A DNA stretch of 64,000 nucleotides from Octopus vulgaris (lineage: Eukaryota). Under the pieces are notes generated by a model. The model had not been told where the DNA came from. It made no database searches and saw nothing but the letters and a program-made list of their open reading frames with translations. Shown in pieces: positions 11,410 to 24,924 of the stretch. The stretch is from contig OX597820.1 in NCBI GenBank assembly GCA_951406725.2, positions 106,268,001 to 106,332,000 of the forward strand, written 5' to 3'. A program made the translations under genes and the position numbers. Numbering within the stretch: position 1 is the first letter of the stretch; each line of letters starts with the position of its first letter.

Positions 11410-14400
11410 CTAGCAGAGATACCCAGCGTTGCCCGGTTACATTCAATTGAAGAATTAGACTTTTCTGTTATATATATATGGATACACACACACACATATA
11501 TATATGTATATTAATATAAATACATGAAAGTACATGAAGTTTGTTAAAAAAAAAGGGGATCATGTATATTCCTCCTGGCTGTTGAGATTATAACACCTCG
11601 TTGTAAACAATGTTCCTTGTTTTTCCTTGTGGAGCATATACAAAAAGGTTTCTTTTGGTTCCTACTCTTGAGCAGCCAACATATAGTTGCCCATGCGAGA
11701 AGCAGGGCTCTTCCAAGAGAAGACCAGGTACAGAGAGGGTTTGACCCTGAGATTTGTTAATGGACATGGCAAAGCTGACGGGAAGAGGAAATTGCAATCT
11801 TCTGAATGTAAATGGAATTTCTGCTCCTGATGGAGTAAGAGGAATTCTTGGAATAAAGACGTCATCACCTTTTCCACATCCAGAAAGAATGATCGCCTCG
11901 ATAACGTGTGACATAATTTTCTTTATCACCAGTCGTGTTCCATTGCAAAGTCTTGGTGGTTCCAGATTGCAGAGTAGCATTACAGGAGTTCCAACTTTAA
12001 GTGGTAATATGTGTGGAGGTAGTCCAGGAGGCTCCCGTGAATTGAGAAATTCAGGAGGATAATTCACAACTTCATTTATATCTGGAATTGTATCAACAGA
12101 CTTGTAAGTGTGTATAGTGCCTGGAAGAGAATGCATTAGCTGTTGATTAATTTTGTTAATGCGACGTTTTTTGGAGGTAACATTGCTCTTTCACACAGCC
12201 AATTGTGATTTTGGTAGTTTTGAGTCAAGTTGAGAAAGACTTTGTTTTTGAGGTCATCTACAGAATTAACAACAGAGGAAAATGACCTCACTTCCATTTG
12301 TCCTGCAGCATCGAGAGGTATCTTGCCTTCACCAAGTGTCAAAATGTCCTGTGCAAACTTTGTGGACATTTTGTCGCCGTGTAGCTGAGCTCTCATGTTA
12401 GTGGTGAGACTGAGGATTGTAACATGATGCCACAGAGTAGAGGACTTTAGGCATGCTTGGACTTCATCTGCTCTAGGGCCTTTTGGAATGACAGGAAGAG
12501 TTTGCCTGAAATCACCTAACAACAGAAGCGTTACACCTCCCATTGGAGCCTGACAGTCTCGGATGTCTTTCAGGGCTCTATCTAATGCTTCCAAAGCTCA
12601 CTTGTGAGCCATAGTGCACTCATCCCAGACAATTAGATGACACATTTTAAGTACTTGTCTCTGATCTGAGCTTTTGTTGATGTTGCATGAAGGCATTTCG
12701 GATGCTGCTAAATTGAGAGGGAGTTTAAAAGTTGAGTGTGCTGTCCTGCCACCGGGTAACAAAGTAGCTGCAATGCCAGAGGAGGCTACAGCTACTGCAA
12801 TGTCCTGATGCTGCCTAACTTCTGCAAGGAGAAGCTTTGTAATAAATATTTTTCCTGCCCCTCCAGGAGCATCGAGGAAGAAGATTCGTTCCTCACGTTG
12901 GCGTACACTGTTAAGAATAGTTCTATAGGCCTGCAGCTGGTCCGGAAGTAATTTAGGCTCATTTTCAACAATGTTCTTTGAAAGCGCTTGAGTGTCGTAG
13001 GTTGTATCACGAATGACAGCAGTGGGAAGGCTATTTGACCCTGACCTGAATGCTTGTGGCAGGCCATACATCGACAATTCATTTCCACCCAATTTAGCTG
13101 TCTTCAATGTCAATGAGTGTTTTGTTATAGATTTCATTGCTGATACCCTCCATGTCAAGATAGAGCAGTTGAGCTTGGCGCTGAAAGTCTTCAGCCAGGT
13201 TGTCTCTATATTTGAGCCATAGAGTGGCCGGATCACACAGTTCGCATGCCTGTAGTAATACTGCAAATAGTGCCCTGAGACTTTTAGGTGATTGTGATAA
13301 AGCAGCCTCTCCTAAAGTTGCATCCCATTGTGCACCATCTTCTAACAGACCTTGTCGATAGCAGGCTTCTCTGTATGTTGTGCAGACATGTCCATGAACG
13401 GTTTTTAGGGCCTGGAAAGACGTTGGCCCTCTGACCTCATGCAGTAGTAGACGAAGGTAGAAGCACTCTTGTTGAGTAGGATGCATTGTGTATACTCGCC
13501 CAAGGCAAGTGTGAAACTTAATGCCAGGGTATCCATGAACATTTTGACCTGCTTTCTGTGGGGCCCATTTTTTTCCATTCCAAGTGTAGTATGATGGAAT
13601 CTGTGGATACAGCAAGGTTTGAGTGAATGGATCCACTTGACAAAGCTCGAAGAATGCAGTGAGTGTGCTATCCCTTGGTTCCTCTGCCAACAGAGAAGCA
13701 TTAGCATCGGTGAAGTACACTCTTTGACCATTTTCCATCTGTTACCATCATCCATTGTCCCGTAGTGAGAAGTAAGTTTTATTTCCCTGTGTTGGGAATG
13801 AAATGAGAATGAAATGTAAGGGGACAATGTTTTTGAGATTCTGGTTCGAATGTAAGGCAGGTTTGAAAGTGTTCCCAACAGTTATTAGTTGTAGTGGTAG
13901 AGTGTTTATGCCGAATATGTATGTATGCATGTATATATATGTATGTATGCCTGTATATATGTACAAAATCCACTGAGAAGGCTTTTGTTGGTCTGAGGCT
14001 ACAGCAGAAGACACATGCCAAGTCACCACACAGTGGGACTGAACTCAGGACCATGTGTTTGGAACGTAGTTTGTTACCACACAGCCACACCTGCCCCTAT
14101 GTATGTGTGTGTGTGTGTGTGTATGTGTGTATGGGTAGATATATTATGCATGTATATATGTGTATATATATGTGTACATATTACATGTACATCTATATAT
14201 ATACATCTACACATAAAATACAAAATACAAAGTTTTATATCTTGATATTGCTAGTGATAACAATACTCAAAATATATAACAGACTGGAATTGTAGGCCCG
14301 TCTCTTGCAATTTCGATCAATTGGATCTTGTCCTCCCTCTTGTATAGAAGTGTATGGCTGCAGCGAAATTCATTTTTGGACTTTCTTCTATCACAGGCAT

Positions 14401-14750
14401 TTTAAGAAAAATGCTTCCATAAAGACGGTGAAAATATTGTCAATTTCCCCAAACAGGGACACAATTCAATTTTTAAACAATAATCAAAGCCCCTTCTCCG
14501 AAAGGGGGAAGGTTACGGTTTACAATTATTTAACAAATGCAACACAACAACATTTCCCTGACGAGGAACCAACAAACATGATTACAATAGTCAAACAGTA
14601 ATAATAATAACAACAAACCTTACAGTGAATCAAAAAGCAGTACGCAGTTGAAGCTATAGTGTAAAATTTGAATGAAATTGGTTGTGTAGTTCTCAAGTTT
14701 TAGGGAAACACACAGACAGACACACATTCTCAGTTTTATATTTAGAGAGA
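11410..14750 (-). mobile_element. Helitron, internally deleted, both termini present
   Basis: Minus strand starts TCTCTCTAAATATAAAACTGAGAATG at 14750 and ends ccgggcaacgctgggtatctctgCTAG at 11410 (subterminal hairpin + CTAG); inserted between A and T with no TSD; contains PIF1-like helicase coding; SINE fragment nested at ~13970-14097. Confidence 0.85.
11588..13738 (-). pseudogene. Helitron RepHel C-terminal / PIF1-like helicase, disrupted
   Basis: Four consecutive ORF fragments: ENGQRVYF/FYLRLLLHEVRGPTSF, Walker A FFLDAPGGAGK, IVWDECTMAHK, GDFRQTLPV, FAMSINKSQGQTL, HGQLYVGCSRV; stops and frameshifts; no recognisable HUH Rep domain. Confidence 0.92.
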
Positions 14751-16389
14751 TTGGCAGAACCATTAGAGAATTGGGCAAGATGCCTTGCAGTATCTATTCT
14801 GACTCTTTCTGTTCTGATAACAAAATCAGCAAGAAAACTAATGCCAAGCTGGAGCATCCAACGCAAGCAATCTTTCTCTTGGATAAGCTCTGTCTCATGA
14901 GGAGGGGAGACTTACATCATGCATAGACAACTATGTCTTTTTTAAAATATTTACATCATGCATAGACAACCATCTGTCTTTTTCTAAAAGTAAAATCTTG
15001 CCCAATCTTGTACATATCTGTAGATATGTATGATGTACAGTCTACCTGGACTGATGGAGATACCCTAACATATTTTTTTCTTGTTTTCCTCATAACTCAT
15101 CTTTTTACCTTTCACTCTAGAGACCTCAACTTTTCTTGCTATTTTACTTTTTTTTCTATTTGTGTTTGCTTACTATGTCCACTTGATTATAACTTATGTT
15201 ACTGACACTGCTAACACTACTAAATTTAACAATACTTTTGGACAAATCCTACTATCAGGCATCTCCAACTCTTCTTACTCTCAGACATCCCATATTCTTC
15301 TTACTCACTTCAGGAACCTCTTGCCTACTCATTCCAACCTACCTTGTATCTTGAAGGTCCACTCTGTCACCTCACCACCACTTATACCACTTTCCGCTTT
15401 TACTCCACCTTCTAAACTGTGAGCAGTCATGTACCTTCTCTATAAGAAATCTATTCAATTCCAGTCCTTTTCTTTCATACTTTATCCATCTCTACTCCTT
15501 ATTCTGTTGGCATAAAGTTCCTCCTCCCCACTTGAGGCTTGTAGTCTTGCAAAGCTGCATGGTGACTCCACTAGTGCTGGTGGCATGAAAAAAGTACCTA
15601 GTACATGTTGTAAATTGGGTGGCATTAGGAAGGGCACCCAGTTATAAAAAACCCCATCCCAAACAGACACTGGAGCATGATGCAGTCCCAGGGCCCATCA
15701 AATCCTGTCAAACTCCACTACCTATGCCAGCATGGAACGTGGAGATTAAATGATGATGATACATACATATACACATAAATACGTACATATACACATATAC
15801 ACATGCACATACATATACACATACAAAACACATGCACACACATTCACTTGTAAGAGAGAGAAAGAGAGTAAGGAACATTATAGAAACTAGGGCAAGACAA
15901 AGAGACAGATCAAGACACAGAGACAAACAGACAGAGGCAGGAGAGTGAAGTAGCAGAAGACACCAAATGACATAACTCAAGAACTTGACTACTATGAGGC
16001 TCTCTAAAGCAGACAAAAGTGATTTTTAAAAAAACATTTAAAAAAATCAATAAAACATAGAAAACAATGTTATGTCATTCATAGAGGAATTGGAGTATTC
16101 ATTAATATCATCACAGAGAGTTAAGAAGTGGTAGAGACATTTTCTCTAAAAAGTAAACACATCAAAATATATGATTTATAGAGGTTTCTTAATGTTTTCC
16201 TGATGTAAAAGTATCAGAAAACTCCAATAGAATTTAGTGGTGATTTCTTACATTGGTAACAAAAAAATGGGTTACTTATTTGAAGGGATTTAGTAGATGG
16301 AGACTGACAGAATTCCATCGTGTGTGTGTGTGTGTGTGTATTTGTAATCATTATCATTATTTGATGAAAGCTCTCAGCTTATTTTGCTG

Positions 16390-17300
16390 AGTATGATGGC
16401 TAACATCCCAATGCACTTTTTTCACCTACACAGTCATGAACTCACTTATTGCAATCACTTAATCATGCTATCATCTTCTTTCCTGAAAATCCTACATTTA
16501 CTATCTGACTGAGTTTTATCAATCTTTGTCTTTAACAGATTCTTGTTCCTCAGCAGCTATATAATTAGTACTGTGGTCTCTCATTTCCCTATCCATCAGC
16601 CATAACAATCATTCTTTACTTTCAACATCGTCAGTTTGTTGCAGGAATTGGCCAGGTTATTCCCTTTCTTTCTCTCTGCTTGTTCTGTTGTTCTTCCTTC
16701 TCTTTTTGAATTCTCCAACTGCTTCAGTAATTATAATTATTGCGCATCTCTAACCGCTGATAATATTTTTTCTTCAATCCACACAAGATAATTTTTCAAT
16801 CCCAATATCACAGTACTAACAGTATCTCATGCATTTAGAAATCCTTTGTCTCCTCCCTTTCTTAATAGGTAGAACCTACTGCTATTACTTTTAGGCTGGT
16901 GTGCATTGTGCATTGTGTGCAACTTTCTACTTGTTCTATCCAAGTTCTGTAGTTTGACTTTTGTCTGTTTCAGAAAGGGAGCAGAGCTGACATAGCTTAT
17001 GTATTTATTACTTTAATGATATTCACTCCATTCACTTTTGCTTTAATCACCCTCCTTGTTCTCCTCTTGTACTCTTTAAAAATTGTCTCTTTCATTTCTT
17101 TTTTATTGTCCTATCATCTTGCAGCACATTATTTCCACAGCAATTTAATAACATTGTCTTGTGGTAATTTTATGTCATTAGAGTTTATTTTTTTAGCCTC
17201 TATTCATAATTAGCACTGCAAATTTATTTACCCCAAACTAGGATATTACAATATCCAAGCAATTACAGGTCTATATTTGCTGACTTCCTTTCTCTATTCT
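16390..17300 (-). mobile_element. Highly decayed R4/Dong-like (RLE-type) non-LTR retrotransposon fragment
   Basis: Manual minus-strand translation across stops: DIKLPQD, LDRTSRKLHTMHNAHQPKSN, RFYLLRKGGDKG, PGQFLQQTDD, KIDKTQ, KCRI, HDCVG, VHWDV, in the order of RT C-terminus and zinc-knuckle region of R4-like ORFs. Confidence 0.6.
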
Positions 17301-18910
17301 TTGTCCTTCTGTATCAGCACTCTCCTCCTTTTGTCATCCATGTTGGCATTCTATTTTCTATCCAACCAGTAGAAAATGGTTATGTATGTCTGTGTATACT
17401 TGGAAGATTTTTGAGGCAGAATCCTTCAACACAATCTACTCTTTCTCTTTAGAAACAATTAATTGTGATTAGACCTGGATGGTGACGGGCTCTGCTAGGT
17501 TTAGATGCCCAAGACATACTACCACATGTCACAAACTGTGCTATCTTAAAATAGATACTATGGGTTCTGCAACACCAGAGCCTAGGGAAATCTAAGGGCA
17601 CATAAATATAATTTTATTAAGGTGGGGTAGCAGACCATTTCTTAAGAACAGTATTAGGACACAAAAGAATGTATATAATGTTGTATATAGATGTATGCTG
17701 AAATTGGATTGGATTACCCATGTTCAGTCCACTGTAGGACAAGAACATGAACCTGATCTTTCCTCCAGCCATGGTCTAATGTGAAGGCTGTGAATTTGAC
17801 CTTCAGATCATACAGGTTTCAAACCAAACCAGCATGATAAAAAGTAATAAATATTTTATTTCTGTTTTGTGTTACACACACACACCTATATATATATATT
17901 GGTTTTTTAAAGAATTTTTTTATGGCAATATTCCAAGGAAACAAATTATTTATTCTGATCTGAAACAACAGGTTATGTATTTTTGTGCACATGTCTCTGG
18001 ATATATATATCTTATATAATAAAACAGAGTATGTTTGTTTGTGTGTGCATGTGTGTGTGTGTGTGTGTGTGCATGCGTGCATATGTTCCTTATGGATTTG
18101 AAAACTGAGTTGCCTATTTTAACATATGAGGTATCAAAAGATTCAGTAATCTTTTGGCTACCAAATAAAGTATATTTTTTGTTACAGAATAACCTCAAAA
18201 ACGAGGTCAGGTTGCACAATTTTGAGATCTTAAGCTAAGAGAAGCAACTCTGCTTCAACAATCTTAAAATACATGGAGTTTTACCAGGGAATAAAACTTC
18301 AAAATTTATGGATGATTTAGTGAAATGCTAATGTGTAAAAATTTTAATAAACACACACATCTAATATAATAAATGCAAATCTCAGTGTATCATTGTGTCG
18401 CACTTTTTCAAGTTTATTCCTAGAGGCCATAGGCCAATATATCATACCATTTTGGAATCAGGCCGACTCCATGAGTAAATTAAAACACTCTGGGCCAAAC
18501 CCAGACCTGCAATCCTGAAGTTTTGGATACCCAAGTTTTCATTACTGCAATGTTTTTACATACAAAATTTAGAGGACTGACCACTAAAAAAATGGACAGC
18601 CTATATGCTAGATATAGACGTCAAAATTGCCATTTTCCATGAAGAATGTGTTCTCAAGAAAAAAAAATGCTGATGATCTTGCAGATGTTTGCGTATCCAT
18701 ATACATAAATATTAACAAGTGAAACAAATTAGTACATAGGTAATCGTTTTTTTATTTCGTATATTTTCATTATTTTATTTATTTTTTTTATTTATATTTT
18801 TATATTTTTATATTTATTTCATTTATTTTTTTATATATTTTTATATTTATTTTTTTTTTTATAAACTATCAAAAAGTATTAAAAGTTTAATATAAGATAA
18901 AGAGTAAAAA

Positions 18911-19005
18911 CACTACAATCGTTTCATGCCCGTAACCAATTCGAATAACAATAATTTAAATTCAATTAATAATTCGAGTTATGGTTACAGTCAATCTTCA
19001 GGTTA
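18911..19005 (-). ncRNA. Hammerhead motif with long stem II in an AT-rich block (~18720-19935)
   Basis: aac-CTGAAGA-t tgactgtaacca...tggttacgggca t-GAA-acgattgt-a-gtg; stem III and cleavage context nearly identical to the 26528-26570 motif. Confidence 0.6.
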
Positions 19006-19932
19006 ATTGTAATATTTTAATAAATAATCAAAAATATTTAAACAATATTTTTTAAGAAATAAATAATATAATAAATTTTCTTATAAAAAACTCTATTATC
19101 AAACTGGAAACTTAACGATTATGATTATGTCAAAACAACTATTATGATTATGTCAAAACAACGATTATAATGTTAAATATTAATTTTAATTTTTAAGTAT
19201 TAATTTTTAAGGTAAGAAACCCACCAATAATCTAATATCAGTAACAGTCAATATCTAATTACATAAATATTTTACAAAAAAAATGATTATTCATATTATT
19301 AAAATATAAAATTTAAATAATATATAAATTATCAATGAAAATATATAAATGTATATAAATATATAATTAAGATCTAAAATAATCTCTATAAATAAATATA
19401 TATGCACATATAATAAAGACTTAATAAATTAATTTTTCATATTTAAAGATGAAATAGCTAATTTCAAAAATACAGACAAACAATCTTAAACGAACACTAT
19501 AGTAAATTAACTATCTTAATCTCTTTGGCTAAATAATAACTTTCAAAAATCTTATCTTTAAAATACTGAAAGAAATAATCAATTCGTAGTTATATAGTAA
19601 CAAATAAATATATTTATCAATGGGAATAATGTAACTAGCAAATAATTTTAAAAGACAATATATAAGTTAAAATAATAATTACAATTAATGCTATTAATAC
19701 ATGTATATACATGAATCTAACTTTAACCAACTCATATACTTGCTATCAAACAACATATCTATCACTAAGTAAATTCTTACGAATAAACTTAAAGTTAATA
19801 TCTAATAATTATATAGATAATTAGATAAACAACGATATATACATAAAAAAACAATAATATTATACCATAAGATTATAAATATTAAAATTTAAAGATCTTA
19901 AATATAAATATATACTTAGCTTAGCGAGGTTT

Positions 19933-19988
<56 letters not shown>

Positions 19989-20207
19989 CGTTTAAATATT
20001 TGTTGTGCAAGATTTTTTATGTGAAGTCGTGTGTTGAAACAGATATTGTGATATTTCGGAATGTGACGAAAGAACTTTGGCCGAAATAAGATTAAGATTA
20101 ATGTAAAAAATAAATATCACTGAAGCAAAATAACACCAAATATATAGTGCGTGTGTTTTTATTGGCTAAACTGGCAATATGACCATTCCGAAATATAACA
20201 ATATATT

Positions 20208-20276
<69 letters not shown>

Positions 20277-20278
<2 letters not shown>

Positions 20279-21442
20279 CTGCTAAAGTAGGAATAGCCTG
20301 GGCAAAGTTCAGAGAGCTCTTACCTCTGCTGGTGACAAAAGGCAGACTGTATGATGCATGTGTACGAACAGCCATGCTACATGGCAGTGAAACATGGGCC
20401 GTGACTGCTGGGGACATGTGTAAACTCGCAAGGAATGAATCGAGTATGATCCGATGGATGTGTAATGTCAGTGTACATACTCGACAGAGTGTAAGTACCT
20501 TGAGAGAAAAGTTGGACCTAAGAAGCATCAGTTGTGGTGTGCAAGAGAGACGTTTGCACTGGTATGGTCATGTGGCGAGAATGGATGAAGATAGTTGTGT
20601 GAAAAAGTACCACACCCTATCAGTTGAGGGAACCTGTGGAAGAGGTAGACCCAGGAAAACCTGGGATGAGGTGGTGAAGCACGGCCTTCGAACTTTACGT
20701 CTCACCGAGGAAATGACTAGAGACCAGGACCTATGGAAGTATGCTGTGCATGAGAAGACCCAGCAAGACTAGTGAGACCATAACCTGTGGCCTCTACCTG
20801 GAATGTAGCCAGTCTACTTATGCATACCTTTCCTTCTTTGGACACAAAACTCTGCTTGAGAAAATCTGTTGAGGCAAGTGAAATCGAAATTGAATTTGAA
20901 ATCGAACCACCTCCTTTCATTAGACACTAAACTCTGCTTGCGAAGACCTGTTGGGGCAAGTGATATCGAAATCGAACCAAATTCGATGACTGGCACCTGG
21001 TCGTTGCCATTGCTGCTGGACTGACTCTTGTGCAGGTGGCAAGTAAAGAAACACCATTTTGACCCTGTGCTTGAGGAGATCTATTGAATCAAGTACATCA
21101 ACATCAAAAATCAATGGAAATTGTAGTTGTGATCCCTGTGCCGGTGGCATGTAAAAAGCACCATCCGAACGTGGCCGATGCCAGTGCCACCTAGACTGGC
21201 TTCCGTGCTGGTGGCACGTAAAAAGCACCAACCAATCGTGGCTATTGCCAGCCTCCCTTGGCACTTGTGCCAGTGGCATGTAAAAAGCATCACTACACTC
21301 ACGGAAGGGCATCCAGCTGTAGAAACACTGCCAGATCAGACTGGAGCCTGGTGCAACCTTCTGGCTTCCCAGACTCCCAGTCGAACCGTCCAATCCATGC
21401 TAGCATGGAAAACAGACGTTAAACGGTGATGAGGAGGATGAT
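20277..21442 (+). mobile_element. RTE/BovB-like LINE, 5'-truncated
   Basis: ORF2 C-terminus (AWAKFRELLPLL, AMLHGSETW, RLHWYGHVARM, GRGRPRKTW), repeated 3' UTR, gat-like tail; 5' end abuts (TA)n. Confidence 0.92.
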
Positions 21443-21709
21443 ACACACAAACGCACACACACACACACAGTGGAGCCTCAGATTATGATTTTAATAAACT
21501 AAAACTATTTTTCCTACTGGAAATTCAAGAGAAGGCAAATTCAAGCAGGGATGTGCACTGAGCAAAAGTTAGACTGAAATTCCAGGCTTATCTCCAATCA
21601 TTGTTACCAGCTTGCAACACAGTTACTCGAGACACAGTTACTTCTCAGCCAAAAACACTGTATGTTTGAAAAATTTTTCATACATGGATTTGTAAATATA
21701 TACATGTGT

Positions 21710-21780
<71 letters not shown>

Positions 21781-21891
21781 TATGTATATATATAACGGGA
21801 AGCTTTATGAAAATAAACAAAAGACAAAGGCAGGTGGAATACAAACAAACAATTGTATTAGTATGGCGCTCAGGAATATAAATAAAACAAG

Positions 21892-21929
21892 TCTTTTACG
21901 TTTCGAGCCTACGCTCTTCAACAGAAAGA
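21892..21929 (-). ncRNA. Minimal hammerhead motif (A6U change) in TA-flanked element ~21795-22005
   Basis: tcttt-CTGTTGA-a-gagc gtag gctc-GAA-acgt-a-aaaga; perfect stems I and II, palindromic ACGT stem III, GUA triplet. Confidence 0.65.
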
Positions 21930-23606
21930 TACACAGAAAAGAAACACGGAAAGAAAGAAGGAGAGAAAAAAAAATGCGTGCAGAAGCTAGCGAATCAACA
22001 TGGCGATATATATATAAGTCGAAAGATGCCTGTTGTGATGTCTTGTTATTATCATTATTATTGTTTTTCGTATTATTTTTGTATTTATATTCGTATAACA
22101 TCGTCCGTTTTTCCGTCCTTGTTTCGTATACATTCAAAGTTTTTTTTCCAAGAAATCTAATGCTCTTAGCTTAGTTTTTCCTTGGGGCTGGCCAGATTGG
22201 AGCAATCTCAAGATTAATCAGCTGAAATTGCGAGGATGATCAGGTTCTTGACTGAAGATTAAAGGCTTCGAAAGACCCGTCCGTGTTTTTTGTATCGTCT
22301 TCTGGATGTTTTGCGTTCTTGTCCCATTTTGTATTTTTATATATATATACATATAGGGAGAAAGAGAGGGAGAGAGAAATGCATACATTACATATATATT
22401 TTTGTACATATATATACATATACACAAATGCATAAACACACAAACACACACACATATATTCATATATGTATAAGTATATATTTCATTGAAACAATATTCT
22501 GGTTATAAAACAGGCTATGCACCTGTGTGTGTGTGAGTGCATGCATGTGTATGTGTGTGTATATACATACATACACACACACATACACACATACATATTT
22601 GAAGCTTACACTTTTAAAAAACGTTCCAACAAAATGTTACAACTCGTTTTCTTTCAGTCTCTCTCTTTTTCTTTTCACCTTCCTCTCTCTACACTTCTCA
22701 CTCCTTCACTCCTCCTCCTCTCTCTCTCTCTCTCTCTTCTCTTTTTCCCTCCTCCTCTCCTGTTTCCTCCTACTCTTTCTTCCTTCTCTCTCTTCCTTCC
22801 TTCTCTCTCTCTCTCTCTCTCCCCCTCACCCTTCAATCTCCTCCCTCCCTTCTTCTGTCTCCTCCCTCTCTCTCACTTTTCTCATAAAATTTGAACTGAT
22901 ATAATAAAAATATAACTATAAAAAAAACATATACATTTTTTTTTATTAGTGGTAACTGGATATGACAGAGGTGTTATTAATGAATGAATTAGCATAACCA
23001 TATATGGTAATATATATATAGCCAAGATCACTATAGTTGTTCTCCTGAAATTGGACAGCCTCAAACTTACCCAACTATTTAGAAAATAGATATGGAGAGA
23101 TAACAAATATTATGACAATATTCCACATTCCAGGTTCAACAAACATCTGTAATCAAAAGGAATGTGTGACAGAATGGTAAAGCCAAATAAAAACTAATAT
23201 TATATGAATATGAACTCATATGAATGAATACATACACACACACACACACATACACACATTGTATGACTTAAGTCATGCAGCATTTAAACAGGTTTTACTT
23301 CAGGTGTGGTCGCGTAGTAAGAAGTTTGCCTCACAACCACATGGTTCCGGGTTCAGTCCTACTGTTTGGAAACTTGACCAAGTGTCTTCTACTACAGCCC
23401 TAGGCCAGCCAAAGATTTGAATTCAGTATGCAGAAACTGAAAGATGTCCATCACATGTATGCATGCATGTATGTATATATGTACATATATATAACGATAC
23501 AGTTAATCATTTCATTCATGAGTGTACATTTGTTAATATGATTGCACGCATATATATTCCAAATGCATGCATGTATGTATGCATATATATATATATATAT
23601 ATATAT

Positions 23607-24862
23607 ATAATGGAAACACCTTAAAATTTCAAACAAAAATTGTTTTAATATGGGGTAGGACTGCCTTTGGCAGTAATTACAGCTTGAAGTCTACGAGGTA
23701 TGGACTCATACAAAGTTTGAATTGTTTCCAAAGAAATTTTTGTCCAGTCTTCAGCTAAAACAATTTCTAGTTCTTGTAGTGATGATGATGGAGAATATTG
23801 ACTCCTTACTTGATTTTCTAAAATACTCCATAAATGTTCAATAATATTGAGATCTGGAGACAGTGGTGGCCAGATAAGAGGTTCAACTTCACTAGAATGT
23901 TCCTTGTGCCATTCAGTAACAACTTTAGCTGTGTGAATTGGTGCATTATCATCCTGAAAGATTGCATTTCCCCCCGGAAATAGTTCTGCAACCATAGGAT
24001 GAATTTGATCAGATAAAATGCTTAAATAGTCTTCACTATTAATTCTGCCATGAAGGGAAACCATTGGGCTGGCAGATTTCCAAGATACAGCACCCACTTC
24101 CCAGATCATCACAGATCCTCCTCTATGTTTAACAGCTGGAAAAAGGCAGTCTGAATCAAATGCTTCTTTTGGCTGTCTCCACATGTATACTCGGCTGGTG
24201 GTCAGAAATAAGATAAAGGATGACTCGTCCCAGAAAATAACATTCTTCCACTGCTCTAGGGACCAATTCTGTAGGTTTTCACTCCACTCTAATTACTTTG
24301 CAACGTTTGTTTTTAAAAGTAGTGGTTTTCTGATTGCAGCCCTCCCATGAAATCCAGCTCTGTGCAGCTCCCAGCAAACAGTTTTTATGGAAACTGGGTT
24401 CTCAAGATCATTAAGCTCTGCAGTAATTTTGGGAGCTGTACTTTTGTGATCTTTTCTAACAATTTGCATAAGAGTCCAACTGAAAGTTTTGGTTTTCTTC
24501 CAAAGTTTTGTTTTCACGCAGAGGTTTTTCCCTCTTTCTCAAAGGTTGTCATTACTTTTGAGACAGTACTTCTTGATACATCAAACATTTCAGCTGTTTT
24601 CGTTACACTAGCACCTGCCATACAAGCACCAACAATTTGACCTCTTTAAAAGTCCAATAGATCTGTCATTTTAATGAATTTTAATTACCTTTTTCTAATG
24701 ATATCTGAAAAGAAACAGCAATTTTAGCAAAACATACTAAGCAACACTAATTCAACACTAATTCAAAAATATAAAAATAAACAAACTTTTGACGATTTTA
24801 TAGATATTTCAAAATTATGATGCTATGATGCTAGGTGTTTCCATTATTTTGTCCAACCCCTG
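23607..24862 (-). mobile_element. Tc1-family DNA transposon (DD36E spacing), defective
   Basis: Transposase fragments (HTH region; DESSF; KHRGGSVMIW; FQDDNAPIH-36 aa-SPDLNIIE); right TIR ggtgtttccattattttgtccaacccctg followed by TA; left TIR reduced to ataatggaaacacc next to (TA)n. Confidence 0.9.
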
Positions 24863-24924
24863 TACATATTCACACATGTATGGGAATATATGCAAATACT
24901 CCTACATGTATATACACACACTTA

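Noticed and set aside
18360-18700. Possible Helitron 5' end (a|tctaatataataaatgc)
   Set aside because: No matching hairpin-CTAG 3' end found nearby
18720-19935. Mitochondrial insertion (NUMT) or control region
   Set aside because: AT-rich, but I recognised no mitochondrial gene or tRNA; the embedded HHR favours a retroelement origin
20930-21300. Regularly spaced ggcacgtaaaaagcac-like repeats resembling a CRISPR array (also at 28.1-28.4, 37.4-37.7 and 45.8-46.0 kb)
   Set aside because: Degenerate internal repeats of the RTE 3' UTR; the spacers are related to each other, the context is eukaryotic and there are no cas genes
22245-22285. CTGAAGA...cGAAA in a TA-flanked insert (22015-22345)
   Set aside because: No consistent stem I, stem III or NUH could be drawn; left uncalled
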